A stretch of 64,000 nucleotides of DNA, from positions 91,576,001 through 91,640,000 of the forward strand of contig NC_045696.1 of the NCBI RefSeq assembly GCF_009834535.1, given 5' to 3'. This DNA is from Camelus ferus. Lineage: Eukaryota. Shown in pieces: positions 14,174 through 26,834 of this stretch; position 1 is the stretch's first letter; the number at the start of each line of letters is the position of its first letter. A program made the position numbers and the translations under genes. The notes beneath the pieces were generated by a model that saw nothing but the letters and a program-made list of their open reading frames with translations, was not told the origin of the DNA and did no database searches.

Positions 14174-15008
14174 TAAATTATGCAGCGGGTTTCAGCTAAT
14201 GCTTGATCTATTTAAAACTTTAATTGGTTTGCACTTGGCTCAAGCACTAGCGATTCATATATTTTGACACTGTGGAAACTCACAATTTTGCTGAACTGAG
14301 GCTCAGGGATATCTACAGCAGATCCTGTAGCTATGGAAGTAAAATCATAAAATCCTTTTGGAGTTACGAAAAGAGAAAAGTAATTTTAAATTTCTGCCTG
14401 AAATCTTCAGATCAGTTTTTGGTTTGGTTTGGTTTGGTTTTAAGTAAATTATTGATGGTAAGACTGAGAGGCTGGATAACATGTCTTTTCAATTCACTGG
14501 GGTAACATGAAGTCTTAATGACCGCAGAGCAGCATAATTCACTGGCAGCTTGTCTCAGCTGGCCACAGGTACCTCCAAGCCTGGCCTCTACTGTTCAACC
14601 AGGTCCAGCAGCCTAATCCTATCTGCAGTTTCCTTTTCAATTAATTCCTAAGAGAGCCAGCCAGGAACTAGTGAAACATCCCAAGGGAGAAAAAAAATTG
14701 TTGAATAAAAAGGCTGTTATAAAGAAAGGAGAACCATCAGGTCAGTTTTTTTCATCTCCCACAAGGATATTAGTAGAGAAACATTCTAAATTTCAACAGT
14801 AAGACTTTAAGATAGCCATAAAGATGAAATAGAATGAGTACTAAAATAAACGGGTGTATGACCTTCCCATCTAATAGATGAGACACTTCTATTTGGGGAG
14901 ATTTTGCATAGAGACATACAAGGCATTATAAGTGATGCTTTCTAGCTCTTTCCATAGGTTTCAGAAGGTGCCCTGTTACATTTGAAATCTATGGTGCTAA
15001 ATTCAAGT

Positions 15009-15026
15009 CGTCCACTAGATGGCCCT
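15009..15026 (+). promoter_or_regulatory. CTCF-like motif
   Basis: CGTCCACTAGATGGCCCT. Confidence 0.5.
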
Positions 15027-16379
15027 AACACACATGAGTTTCCTTTAACTGGTGGAACATTTAATCCCATGATAAAATAAAGTACGGCATATTTAATTAT
15101 ATCTGATTTGAAGAAGTCATTTTCTAAGGAAAAACCATGCAGTGATCATCTACAAAGTTTAATAATGAATTATTGACTACCTAAAAAGATGGAAATTGAA
15201 CATATGCTTTTTATTTCTTCTCCCAAACTCCCCGCCTCAAAAGATAGAAAAAGAAAGTAAAAGTTATAAATCCACAGAGAAATAAAGAATGAGAAAGATA
15301 AAAACAGCAGACCAAATCACATTTTTAGGAAGATGGCAGCGTGATGGCTGAGTGTGACTAACCTAGGAAAAAGGTAAAATCCAAGCGTCACCAGAGAGGG
15401 GAGCAGTGATTAGCAATCCTGTCCCATCCCAGGACTCTGGAGACTCAGAGATCAAGTGCCCCTCCCCCTCCCCAAAAGGCAGGGGCCAAAAGTGAACCGA
15501 AAATAGAATAATATTGGGGGACATCTTCATACTGGTCTGCAAGACATCCCAACCTCTTTGCCCACTCAATTCCCAGAAAGCTGTCAGATCAGGCCAATTT
15601 GCCCCTCCTCCAAAACTAGAGCGTGACAGATCCTTCTGTGTGCTAACATGGGCAAGCCCTCTAGAAATCAAGTTACTCTAGGAGTGTTAATCCTCCATGC
15701 ATCAGGCTTCCCCTTTACCACCAGAATCAGCCTTTTCCACCATACTCACTCTCACAGACAAAGATCACCAGACATTTTTAGAAAGCCTGCAACATAAAAA
15801 ACACAGAGCAAGACGAAAAGGAAAAAAAAAAATTAGAAAGAAAAAAGTTAGAAGAAACAGACAATGTAGATAGCAGAAAAAAATTTCAAAGAAATTAGTG
15901 TCCTCTGGAAAAGAAGACAGGCTGTCGCACCCATGACACAAGAATAAGGTGCCAATAATAGAGACTACACAGTAAAACTCAGCAGATGCACTTTTTTTGT
16001 GTCAAAAAAAGAAGGTGCTATTGAAAAGCTTTTTTAAAAAGAAGAAATCAGAGAAGAAGAAAGGGCTTTTGGAAACTAAAAGTATAATAACCTGAAGGAA
16101 AACTATTTCAATGGAAAGGTTAGAAGAGAATTTTAAGGAAACTTCCCATAAAATAAAAAGAAGAAAAAAGTAAAGAAATGGGGAAAATAATAGAAACATT
16201 AGGAGATAAACTGAGGCTCCACAACGTTATAATAGAAGTTCTGAAAAGAAATGAGGCTAAAGCGAAGGTAGAATATTATTGAATAAATAAAAGAACATTC
16301 CCCCAAACTGAAAGAAATGAGTCTCCAGATAGAAAACACCTACCTAATACCCGACTTATTGAATTAAAAAATAAATCTA

Positions 16380-16510
16380 GGGGGGAAGGTATAGCTCAGT
16401 GGTATGGTGCATGCCTAGTGTACACGAGGCCCTGGGTTCAATCCCCAGTACCTCCATTACATAAATAAATAAATCAAATTACCCCCCACAAAAAATATTT
16501 AAAAAAAATT
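16380..16510 (+). mobile_element. tRNA-derived SINE
   Basis: TAGCTCAGTGG ... GGTTCAATCCCCAGTACCTCC with a (TAAA)n tail. Confidence 0.85.
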
Positions 16511-16804
16511 TAAGACATTACTGGGACAGTTGGGGAACTTTGAATAAGGGCTACATATTAGAAAATAGTGTGTTAGTGCTAAATTTTTGAGGTATGATAA
16601 AGGAATTGTGGCTAAGTATATTTAAAATCAACAGTATAGGTGATAGCCTAGGGAAAAAGACTTTTCACCAAAAAAGGTGAGTCTGAAGAAATAAATACTG
16701 TGAAGATGGGAGGAAGGGCATTTTAGGCCAAGACAACATAATACCTTGGAACGTACGGGGTCAGGACAAATCAAGACTGTCTTCCAGTTATTCAACAAAT
16801 ATTG

Positions 16805-17356
16805 TTGATGGACATTTGAGTGATGGCCATTCTGACTGGTGTGAGGTGATACCTCACTGCAGTTTTGATTTGCATTTCTCTGCTAATTAGCAATAGTGAG
16901 CACTTTTTCATGTGCCTATTGGCCATTTGTATGTCTTCATTGGAGAATTGCTTGTTTAGGTCCTCTGCCCATTTTTGGATTGGGGCGTTTGCTTTTTGGT
17001 ATTAAGTTGTATGAGCTGTTTATATATTCTGAAAATTAAGCCCTTGTCAGTCACATCATATGCAAAGATTTTCTCCCATTCTGTAGGTTGTCTTCTCGTT
17101 TTGCTTATGGTTTCCTTTGCTGTGCAAAAGCTTATAAGTTTAATTAGGTCCCATTTGTTTATTTTTGCTCTCATTTCTACTGCCTGGGTAGACTGCCCTA
17201 GGAGAACATTGCTAAGATTTATGTCAGAGACTGTTTTGCCTATATTTTCTTCTAGGAGGTTTATAGTGTCTTGTCTTATATTTAACTCTTTAAGATTTTG
17301 AGTTTATTTTTGTGTATGGAGTGAGAGAGTGTTCTAACTTCATTGATTTACATGCT
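16805..17356 (-). mobile_element. Inverted 5' segment of an L1 (late ORF2)
   Basis: Minus-strand ORF 16956..17174 (KINKWDLIKLISFCTAKETI...QPTEWEKIFA) is L1 ORF2p-like. Confidence 0.9.
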
Positions 17357-18092
17357 GGGGAAAAGGGAACTCTCCTACACTGCTGGTGGGAAGGTAGTTT
17401 GGTGTAGCCATTATGGAAAACAGTTCGGGGATTTCTCAAAAAACTAAAAATAGACTTACCATATGATCCAGCAATCCCACTTCTGGGTATATATCCAGAG
17501 GGAACTCTAATTCAAAAAGATACATGCACACCAATGTTCATAGCAGCACTATATACAATAGCCAAGACATGGAAGCAACCTAAATGTCCATTGACAGATG
17601 ACTGGATAAAAAAGTTGTGGTATATTTAGAATGGAATACTACTCAACCATAAAAAAGAATAAAACAATGTCATTTGCAGCTGCACGGTGGCCCTAGAGAT
17701 TGTCATTCTAAGTGAAGAAAGCCAGAAAGAGAAAGAAAAATACCATATGATATCACTCATATGTGGAGTCTTAAAAAAAAAAAAAAGGGACATTGTGAAC
17801 TCATCTACAAAACAGAAGCAGACTTGCAGACATAGTAAACAATCTTATGGTCACCTGGGAAAGGGAGTGAAAAGGGATAAATTTGGGGGGTTGAGATTTA
17901 CAAATGCTAGCCACTATATATAAAATAGATTTTTTAAAAAGTTTCTTCTGTACAGCACAGGGAACTATGTTTAATATCTTATAATAACTTAATGAAAATG
18001 AATATATGTATGCATATGCATGACTGGGACATTGTGCTCTACACCAGAAATTGACACACAGTAACTGACTGAACTTCAACTTAAAAATATAT
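17357..18092 (+). mobile_element. Sense 3' segment of the same L1 (ORF2 end, 3'UTR, AT-rich tail)
   Basis: GATCCAGCAATCCCACTTCTGGGTATATATCC and ACATGGAAGCAACCTAAATGTCCA are L1 hallmarks. Confidence 0.9.
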
Positions 18093-18100
18093 ATATATTG

Positions 18101-19620
18101 GAACAGGGCCCGCCCTGCATCAGGCCCAGTCCTTGGCAGTGAGATTACAGCAATAAATGAAGAGACCAGCCTCCCTGCCTTTGAGGGGTGTCAGTCTAGT
18201 GGAGGGGGATGGAAGGAAGGGAGGAAGGGGCAGATAATAATGGTGGAGAACTGGCTGCAGAAATGTCCTGAGGGAAACACGCCCAGGTCTGAAGGAAGAA
18301 TAGCTGGGAAGCTGATGTGGCTGGAGGGGGAGTGGTGAGGGAGAGAGAGCAGCAGGGGTTCCAGAGAGTTCCTGAGAGACAAAGTCAGAGGGGCTTTTAG
18401 GGCATGATATGGATTGGGGCTTTAATTCTGAATATATTAAGCAGAAGAATGAAATGAGATAATGTAGGTGTTAAAAGGATCACTGTGGCTTCTGTGTTGA
18501 GAGCAGACAAGCTGGGAAGGCAATTAGGATGCCACTGGGTCACAGCTGCTGATTGGTCCAGAAAGGTGATGTGCAAGAATTAGCCAGTCTGTAGAGGTCT
18601 TTGTGACTTTGACAAGAGCAGGTTTGCTGGCATGGCAAGGCTGAGACCCGGTTTGAGTGGGTCCACAAAAGAATGTAGAGGAGCTGGAGGGATGTTGAGG
18701 TGTCTGCTGTGAAGGGGAACAGAAAAACGGAGCAGTAGCTGGAAGAGATGTGAGATCAAAACAAAAGTTGGCTTGTTTTCTAGTTGGACAAAGCACAGAT
18801 TGTGTACTAGTGGAAATAATCCATTGATGATTGTATTCATTGATTGATAATTGATCGTGGACACAAGCGAAACAGCCACCCTTTGTTAGGAGCATGGATG
18901 GTCCCCCAACAGAAGCAGAGGGAAGGCAAAGTATGGAACCCAGATGCAGATGGCAGGTGGCTCTGGTGGTGAGAGCCATGGAAGTTCTATTTGGATTGCT
19001 TCTGTTCTCTTAAGAAAACGGAGAGTGAAGATAGAAGAAGTAATGAGTTTACAAGAAAGAATGGAAGGTGTGGAAACTAGTTGTCTGAGAGAGTGTGCAT
19101 GTTATCCAGAAGGGTTATCTAGGAAAGGGTGAAGATACCAGGGAAATGGGTGGTTGCCAGACAGAAGTAAAGATCTACTGGGAGTTGGGGTCATGCATTT
19201 AGAATAAGCCTAATTGGCATCGTTGTGTTTTTCTGCGGCTATGTTATGCTGAGCGGGTTTAGGTTGGGCACTGAGAGAGTTATGCAAGACAGTGATTGTA
19301 AGGACTGATCATAGAATTTAAGCCAGGTAAGTGAATATGACAGGGTGAAAAGAACTGCTAGGAAGGAGTTAGCTGTAAAGAATGGAGATAGGGGAGTGAC
19401 ACAGATTTTCTGGCTAGGATCTGGAATGACAAAATATAGGCAGGCCCATGGGAGGTGAACAGCTGTTAAGGGGAAAGGACCTGATTATTAGATGGAGAAT
19501 CAAGGAACCATGAGGCCTGGCTACTGGATGCTCATCCACTCAGATCCTGAATTCAGGAGTTGCTTCCAAGAGTGGACATAAGCCTGGAGATAAAAATCTG
19601 CAAGAAATGAGGGAAAGGCA
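18101..19620 (-). mobile_element. Degraded L2 fragments
   Basis: Purine-rich antisense L2-like sequence; TTATTCAACAAATATT at about 16788 marks the host L2 end split by the L1. Boundaries approximate. Confidence 0.55.
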
Positions 19621-20607
19621 CCAGGGCTCCGTCACTGACTGCATTATAGAGAATAGGTATAGTTGATAACAGAAGACTAACAACTGAGGTGGGGGGGTGT
19701 CCCGGTCACCCCACCTTTATTCCCAGGGATGGCCGGAGACCTGTGAGCAGCTACCAGAGAGGGTGACAGGGAGCAGTGTCCTCAGGGAGAGTGGGATTTC
19801 TGTCAGAGCACAAAAGTGAAGGAAGTGTTTACGGATGAGAGAGAGATAGGATAAATCTGCTTAGGGCAACCAAATTTAGCAATTCCAAACATCAAAATAT
19901 AATGTCCAAGTCATGCTGACAATTACAGCATTATATGTAATTCATTGTACTTTCTGCACCAAAATATTCTTAATATCTAAACCTGCAACAAATTCACAAC
20001 TCCTTATTTTCCAAGCAGATCACAATCAATATAATATCCTATTGGAACATCTCTGTTTCTGGGCTGATAGCTGCTGTGAACTATGGCAGAGTATGGTGAT
20101 CATCCAGAAACCTCTCTGGGGTGAAACCAGATAAAGTGTTGAGGGAGCAGAAGAGGCCAGAGTGGAGAAGGACCCTCAAGGGTGTTTGTTTGTTTGTTTG
20201 GGGCTGGAGGCAAGCTGGATGAGCATGCCAGTAAAGGAGACAGAGAAAGAGGACAAAAAAACATAAAAGCTTGAGTAAGATACAAGTTCAACTTGAGATG
20301 CCTGCAGGCCAGTAAGTTGGGCTCTCCAGGAGCCATTGGAAAAAGGAGTCTGGAACTCAGGAGAGCAGCAAGGTTGGAGATATTCTGGAGTCATCATTCA
20401 GGTATGTAGAAGCTGAGGCAGGTGAATGGGTGAAACATCTCAGGAAGAATACACAGAGAGGCCTTCTAAGTCCTGGGCCCCAAAGCTGATGTGACAGCAG
20501 CTCACCTGGCAGTGGCCAGCCTATGCCAGCCACTGAAAGGGGGGATACCATGCTGAGCCACCTTGGATCTTGAGGCAAAAGGAAAACTCAGTACTACTGA
20601 GCCTGCC

Positions 20608-21004
20608 TGCAGTGCTGAATACTGTCTCCCAAAGATTTGTGTCCACCGGAGCCTCAGAGTGGGCCTTTATTCAGAAACAGGGTCTTTGCAGATAGAATTA
20701 GGTTGAGATGAGATGAGATCATACTGGATTAGGGTGGGCCCTAAATCCAATGACTGGTGTCCTTATAAGAGGAGGAAAGACACACAGACACCCAGGGAAG
20801 GAGGCCATGTGAAGATGGAGGTAGAGGTTGCAATGATGCAGCTACAAGCCAAGGAACACCCAAGGTTTCGGCAACCACCAGAAGCTAGTGGAGAGGCCTG
20901 AGGTTCCCCCTGAGAGCATCCAGCCTCCAGAAGTGGAGACAAGACACTTCTGGTCAGCCACCCAGTTTATGGTACTTTGTACAGAAACCCTAGGAAATTA
21001 ATAT
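20608..21004 (+). mobile_element. MLT1-type LTR inserted into a hAT (MER96B-like) element
   Basis: MLT1 motif GGATTAGGGTGGGCCCTAAATCCAATGACTGGTGTCCTTATAAGA; flanks at about 20540-20607 and 21005-21167 resemble antisense MER96B. Confidence 0.7.
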
Positions 21005-21842
21005 GCCTGTATTGAAATTTTAATATTTTATTAGAGATTTCTTACTATTAATTTTGATTTTTTTTAATATTGCATTAAAATAATATTGATTACTGAGTGT
21101 TTTGGTGCCCCCTCAAATTTTGCCCCTAAAGCAAGTCTCACTTGCTTCACCCAAATCCAGGCCTTGGGGCAGGTTTTCACTACTTTTTTTGAATTACTAA
21201 CACACAAGTTTCTCCTCAGTCAGTCAGTTTGGAGACATAGAATGTACGTCCAAAGAACAAAGAGTAAAAGCAAGCGAGCATAATTTCTAAATAAAAGTGT
21301 TGATTTCTTCGGCAAGGGATGATTACATGTTCTCCTCCCTCACAGCAGGAATGCAGCCCATCTCTTGGAAGGGACACACAGATATTGGCAAGCCTTATTA
21401 AAAACAGTGGGCACAGTCTGACAATTCCATCTGCTTCCCTGGGAAAGAAAAATCATTGCATGGCAGTTTCAGTGGCCTTGAACCCTAAATAGGGGATTTA
21501 ATGACTATGTTGTATGCACTTTGAGAAAACAGCTAAAGGAAATTTCTCTTAGAGTTGAATGTGAGTATGACAGAGTTGGGTATAGAATAAGTGGCAGTTT
21601 TAGAACATGGCCCCAGGACTTACAGGGTAAACATATAACATTATACAGACATTATGGGAATAATAGAATTTATCATTTTTTTTCTCTTTTCACTATTCAG
21701 CTACCAAATGTCATTAAAATAAATCATTCTTATTTTCCCCCAGCTTTACTGAGATATAATTGACATATAACATTATGTAAGTTTAAGGTGCACAATGTGA
21801 TGATGTGATACACATGTAAATTGCTAAATATTTACCACAATT

Positions 21843-21990
21843 GGGGAGGGCGGGGATAGCTTAGTGGTAGAGTGCATTCTTAGCATGCACAAGGTCCTGG
21901 GTTCAATCCCTGGTACCTCCATTAAATAAATAAACCAACCCCACCACCCCCACAAAAAGTCCTGATGAAATAAAATTTATTTTTTAATAA
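21843..21990 (+). mobile_element. tRNA-derived SINE
   Basis: TAGCTTAGTGG ... GGTTCAATCCC with an A-rich tail. Confidence 0.85.
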
Positions 21991-22072
21991 AAAGAGTAGT
22001 TAACACATCCTTCACCTCACATAATTACCATTTGTTGTTGTTGTTATGTTGAGAACATTGAAGATCTACTCT

Positions 22073-23428
22073 GTTATTGGGAAAACTGGATAACCACATG
22101 CAGAAGTATACAGTTTGACTCTTATCTTACACTACTCACAAAAATGAACTCAAAATGGAGTAAAGACTTAAGCAGAAGACCTAAAGCCATAAAACTCCTA
22201 GAAGAAAACATAGCTGAAAAACTTGACATTGGTCTCAGCAGCAATTTCCTGAACATGATACCAAAGGCACAAGCAACAAAAGCGAAAATCAGTAAGTGGG
22301 ACTACATCAAACTAAAAAGCTTTTGTGCAGCAAAAGAAAAAACCAACAAAATGAAAAAGCAACCCACAGAATGGAAGAAAGTATTTGCAAATCATATGTC
22401 TGATAAGGGGTCGTTTACAAAATATATGAAGAACTCATACGACTCAGTAAAACAAACAAAAAACGCAATTAAAAAGTAGGCAGAGGAACTGAACAGAGTT
22501 TTCCAAAGATGATATATGATGGTCAACAGGCACATGAAAAAGTGCTCCACACCTCTAATCATCAGGGAAATGCAAATCAAACCACAAGGTATCACCTCAC
22601 TCCTTTGGGTATCATCAAAAAGACAAGCGATAAATGTTGGCAAGAATGTGAAGAAAAAGGAATCCTTCGAACTGTTTTGGTGGGAATGCAAATTGGTGTA
22701 GCCACTATGGAAGATTCCTCAAAAAATTAAACATAGAACTACCATATGACCCAGCAATCCCACTTCTGGGTATGTAAAGGAACTGAAATCAGGAAGCAGA
22801 GCTATCCACACTCCCACGTTCACTGCAGGATTATTCACATTAGCCAAGATCTGGAAACAACCTAAGTGTCCATCAATGGATGAATAGATAAAGAAAATGT
22901 GGTGTATATTTATAATGGAATGCTATTCAGACATGAGAAAGAAGGAACTTAAGCTGTTTGAAACAACTTGGAATTGAGGGCATTATGCTAAATGAAATAA
23001 GTCAGACAGAGGAAGACAAATACTGTATGATCTCAGTTATATGTGGAATCTAAAAAAGCCAAATTCAGACAGTAGAGTCACCAGGGGCTGGGGGGTAGGG
23101 AAATGGGAAAGGGTATTGGTCAAAGGGTTTGAACTTCCAGTTAAAAGATTAACAAACTCTGGGCACCTAATATGCAGCATGGTGATTATAACTAATAATA
23201 CTGTATTACATATTTGAATGTTGAGAGTAGATCTCAGTGTGAATGCTGAAAGAGTAGATCTTAAGTGTTCTTGCCACACACAAAAAAAGGTAATTATGTA
23301 ACAGGATGGAGGTGTTAACTAACTATGGTGGAAATAATTTTACAATATATAAATGTATCAAATCAGCACATGGTACACCTTAAACTCATACAGTGTTGTC
23401 AATTGTATCTCAATAAAGCTGAGGGGAA
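22073..23428 (+). mobile_element. 5'-truncated L1 (late ORF2 plus 3'UTR)
   Basis: ORF 22144..22479 (KISKWDYIKLKSFCAAKE...QPTEWKKVFANH) is L1 ORF2p-like; target-site duplication AAGATCTACTCT / AAGATTTACTCT at 22061-22072 and 23429-23440. Confidence 0.9.
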
Positions 23429-25399
23429 AAAGATTTACTCTCTAAGCAGCTTTCAAGTATACAGTACGGTATTGTTGACTACAGTCACCAAGTTGTACAT
23501 TACATCCCCAGAATTCATTGTAACTAGTTTGTACCCTGTGACTAATATGTCCTCATTTCCTCCACCCCACCTAGCCCCTGGTAACCAGCATTCTACTGTG
23601 TTTCTGGGTTTGGCTTTTTAAGTTTCCACATGTAAGTGTGATCATATAGTATTTGCCTTTCTCTGACTCATTTCACTTAGCATAATGCCCTCAAGGTTCT
23701 CACAATTTTTAAATTATGGAATACAGAGCAGTGCATTTTCTTTCATATAGGGAACTAAAACATAAACCAAACTTCAGGAGTACCTTCAAATGTTTTGGCA
23801 AAATACAAACTATGTTCCCAACCAACTTCTGCAAGTTTTTGTTGACCAAGCACAATAAAACAACACCAACAGAGAAATTGGTAATAAGAGAGCATACATC
23901 AGTCAGCTGGCAATAGTATATGTTAGTGAATTGTATTACTCATTTTAAATTAGATATGAATTCCTTATTAGTAGGCATGTTCGCTCAGAGACCACAGAAT
24001 TGGAAATAGCAGAAAAGGCTCTGCCTCCTGTCATGTTAAGCAAGTGACTCCCTGTTCTTTAGGTTCCCCAAGTGCAGAACAAGAGTAACAACATCCACTG
24101 GCAGAACTGAGAACAGGGGCCACCACGCTGAGAAGCCTTCAGGCTGGCATGTAGTCTGGAGCCCCTGGTATATTATTATTTCACAGATAGAACCCCTATG
24201 ATTATTTCTTCTGGGGCAGCTAAAGCTACAGGTTTACTCGGTGAAAGACACAAATCATCTGAGGCAATGTATCACAGAGGCGTGCACAGGGGTTGACTGG
24301 AAGTGATGTGTCTCTTGGGTTTTATAGAACCTACTATGTTGTTATTTCCGAGTTGAGTCTTGTAGCATTTAGAGCACCTCTCTGTTTATATAATTTTTTT
24401 CTCCTGTTTCTGATTCTAAACCGCTCACCACACACTCCCTCACTTTTATTCACTATTCTCTCTCTCCTCATATACACTTCCTGCTTTCCCTGAACATCTA
24501 CAGAAGAATGTAGGAGGCAGCTATAAGAAGAAAATGTGTATCTAACGATACACGAATTTACCCCTCCCCCCAAAAAAACACTTAAAGCAAAAAAAAAACA
24601 AACAAAAAAACAACTTTAAAAAATTCTTCTGTTTATTTCCTTTTATGGTCATCTAAGGGAGAGGCATTTAAAGGAGGAAGGAAAGGCTGGCTCAACTATC
24701 AAAAAAAAAAAAAAAAAGAGGAAGTCAAAGAAATAGAGAAAGCAAAGGAGGAGTGAGGAGATACAAGAAGAGACCTCAGGAAGAAAACCAAAATCATGGA
24801 AAGTAGAAAAAGACAAGTGAGGGAGAAGGGAAAAAAAAAAAAAACAAAAAAAAAACACAGGCAAAAAACGCTTAGGCCCAGCGGGTTCTAAAGACAGCCT
24901 TCGTCAAGCTGGACACAGTATTGACCTGGCCTGAATTCCACCCCTCTGGGGCAGATCACAGAAATCTTTGGGTCTTTTATCGTCTGTAAAAGGTACGCAA
25001 AACCTTTGCCCCTTGTAAGTTTAAGTTCGTATTTTATTTTTGATACACCTCTTTTTTTGTGTGTTGGCTTTAAGGTTACAAAACTAAATTGAAATCTCAT
25101 CAAGCCAGATGAGGTAATGCTTATCCCAGCCTCGATATACAAAGCTTTCATTTTATGGATGTCAGTCGTCCCCTTTACACACTAAGGGAACACACAAAAC
25201 GACAAGCAAAAGCCTCCAAATACACCCAAATAACACAGTTTGTAGTTCCCTTTTAACAGAACTCCCAGGTTGAAAGGAGATCAACTAGGGTGTGGGGTCG
25301 TTTTCACCCTTTTCAGGAAACGGGCACAGTTTAAAGGCTTAATTTGAAGTCTTAGGAAATTACAAAAGAGGTTTCCTTTCCAAGAGCTGTTCAGGCCAG

Positions 25400-26060
25400 A
25401 GGAGGAACAGACGACCTCCCCACCCCGCCAGCCCCGCGCTTGGCATCAGATTACGACTAAGCGGGAGGATTCTTCTAATGACGTCACAAGAGGCCGGCGC
25501 CGCGGGGGGCGGAGGGAGGGGCCGGTGACGAGCCGACCGCGCAGAGACGGAAGGCCGGCGGATGGAGAAGGCCGACGAGCTAGATCCGGCAGCTGGCGGA
25601 GGGAGCCGCAAGATCGCGACGCGAAGGCAGAGCGCGGCGCGCGTGCGCGGGGCGTGGCCCTGGAGTCGCCGTCTTTACGGCTCGTGAGTGGTTTTTCCCG
25701 GTTGCCGTTGCGGCCTGGCAGGCTGCAGCCTTCCTAGAAGTGATGAAGAGGCGCGCTCCTCCCTCTCGCTCGTTGTGAAATCATTTCGCCCCCGGAGTCC
25801 ACGCCAGCCCAGCCAGGTCTTGCACGTGTTCAGTGGCAGAGCTGAGCGCTGTTGTCTGCGGGCTTGGCGGGGGCAGCGGGCCCTGGGGTGGGATGGGGCT
25901 GGGGGTGCACTCAGGGCACTTGTGTCCGGGTGTGGGCACCAGGCTGGCGCCGAGCTGGTTGAGAGGGGAAAAGGACTTTCTAGTTGATCGTCCACTTCTC
26001 CCACGGCAGAGCCATTCGGGAAACCTGCCTCTAGATCTGAGGTGGCCCTTTAGCAGCTGG
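25400..26060. promoter_or_regulatory. CpG island with promoter motifs and no associated coding gene
   Basis: Dense CpG; CRE TGACGTCA 25479-25486, GC boxes, NRF1-like GCGCGTGCGC 25639-25648, KLF/SP GGGGCGTGGC 25649-25658, E-box CACGTG 25823-25828. Confidence 0.85.
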
Positions 26061-26813
26061 AGGAAGGAGTTATCGCCAGAGTCCTTACGTAAAAATTGTA
26101 AATGCCGTAATGATTACCTGTTTAATTAAATTCGCTTCTTTAAAGGAGGCGGAACGTTGGTTCTTTATTGAGAAGAGTGAACAAAGGGCAAATGATACGT
26201 GGCCTTCACGTTTAAAACCAGTTCCTGAAACTATTGAGAAGGGAGTACAATGGAGCTTTTCCGGCTTTTGTCTTCCCTGCAACCACCTATTTCTCCCTGA
26301 ATTCCCTCAGCTCAGGGAAGAGACCAGGTTGGGACTTCAGGGTCTACAGAGCCAAAACAGCCGAAAAGAAATCTCATCATTCACCAGAATAATGCCTAAA
26401 ACAGCCCACCTCCAGATCCAGCTTTTAAGTTGGAAGCCGCGATAATCCTGCTGGAACTGAATGAAGAAGTATAAACTGATGATTAAATGTATGTATAAGA
26501 CTATTTCCCTTATGTGTCTATTATGAAAATTGGTTATACTCTAGATACATTTAAACCTAAAGGCAAACAGTAACCAGGCAGACATCTCCCACCCATCTAT
26601 GCTTCCCAGCTTAAGGAGTCACTGGATTGCTTTTGAGATTCCGGTGATAATGTATGAAGAGACTGTACACTATAAAGCAATTATGTATCAACTGTAAGCA
26701 GTTGCTCATAGGCTGTAGGATTTAGATAGCTCTGAATTGTGTCATGATTTGTGAATAGTAGAAAATTGTGTTCTGTTGTAGTTTCAAGGTGTGGCAGGTG
26801 AGCAATATCCGGT

Positions 26814-26834
26814 TGTGTGTGTGTGTGTGTGTGT
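26814..26834. repeat. (TG)10 microsatellite
   Basis: Directly visible. Confidence 0.95.

Larger units (their letters stand above)
21733..23700 (-). mobile_element. Antisense L1 3' end (L1MA-like), interrupted by a SINE and a sense L1
   Basis: CAGCTTTACTGAGATATAATTGACATATAACATT at the left end; sequence resumes at about 23441 through TTTCACTTAGCATAATGCCCTCAAGGTTC. Confidence 0.8.

Noticed and set aside
25360..26445. ORFs over the orphan CpG island as a coding gene
   Set aside because: Low-complexity Arg/Pro/Gly ORFs in many frames are expected from high GC; none resembles a known protein.
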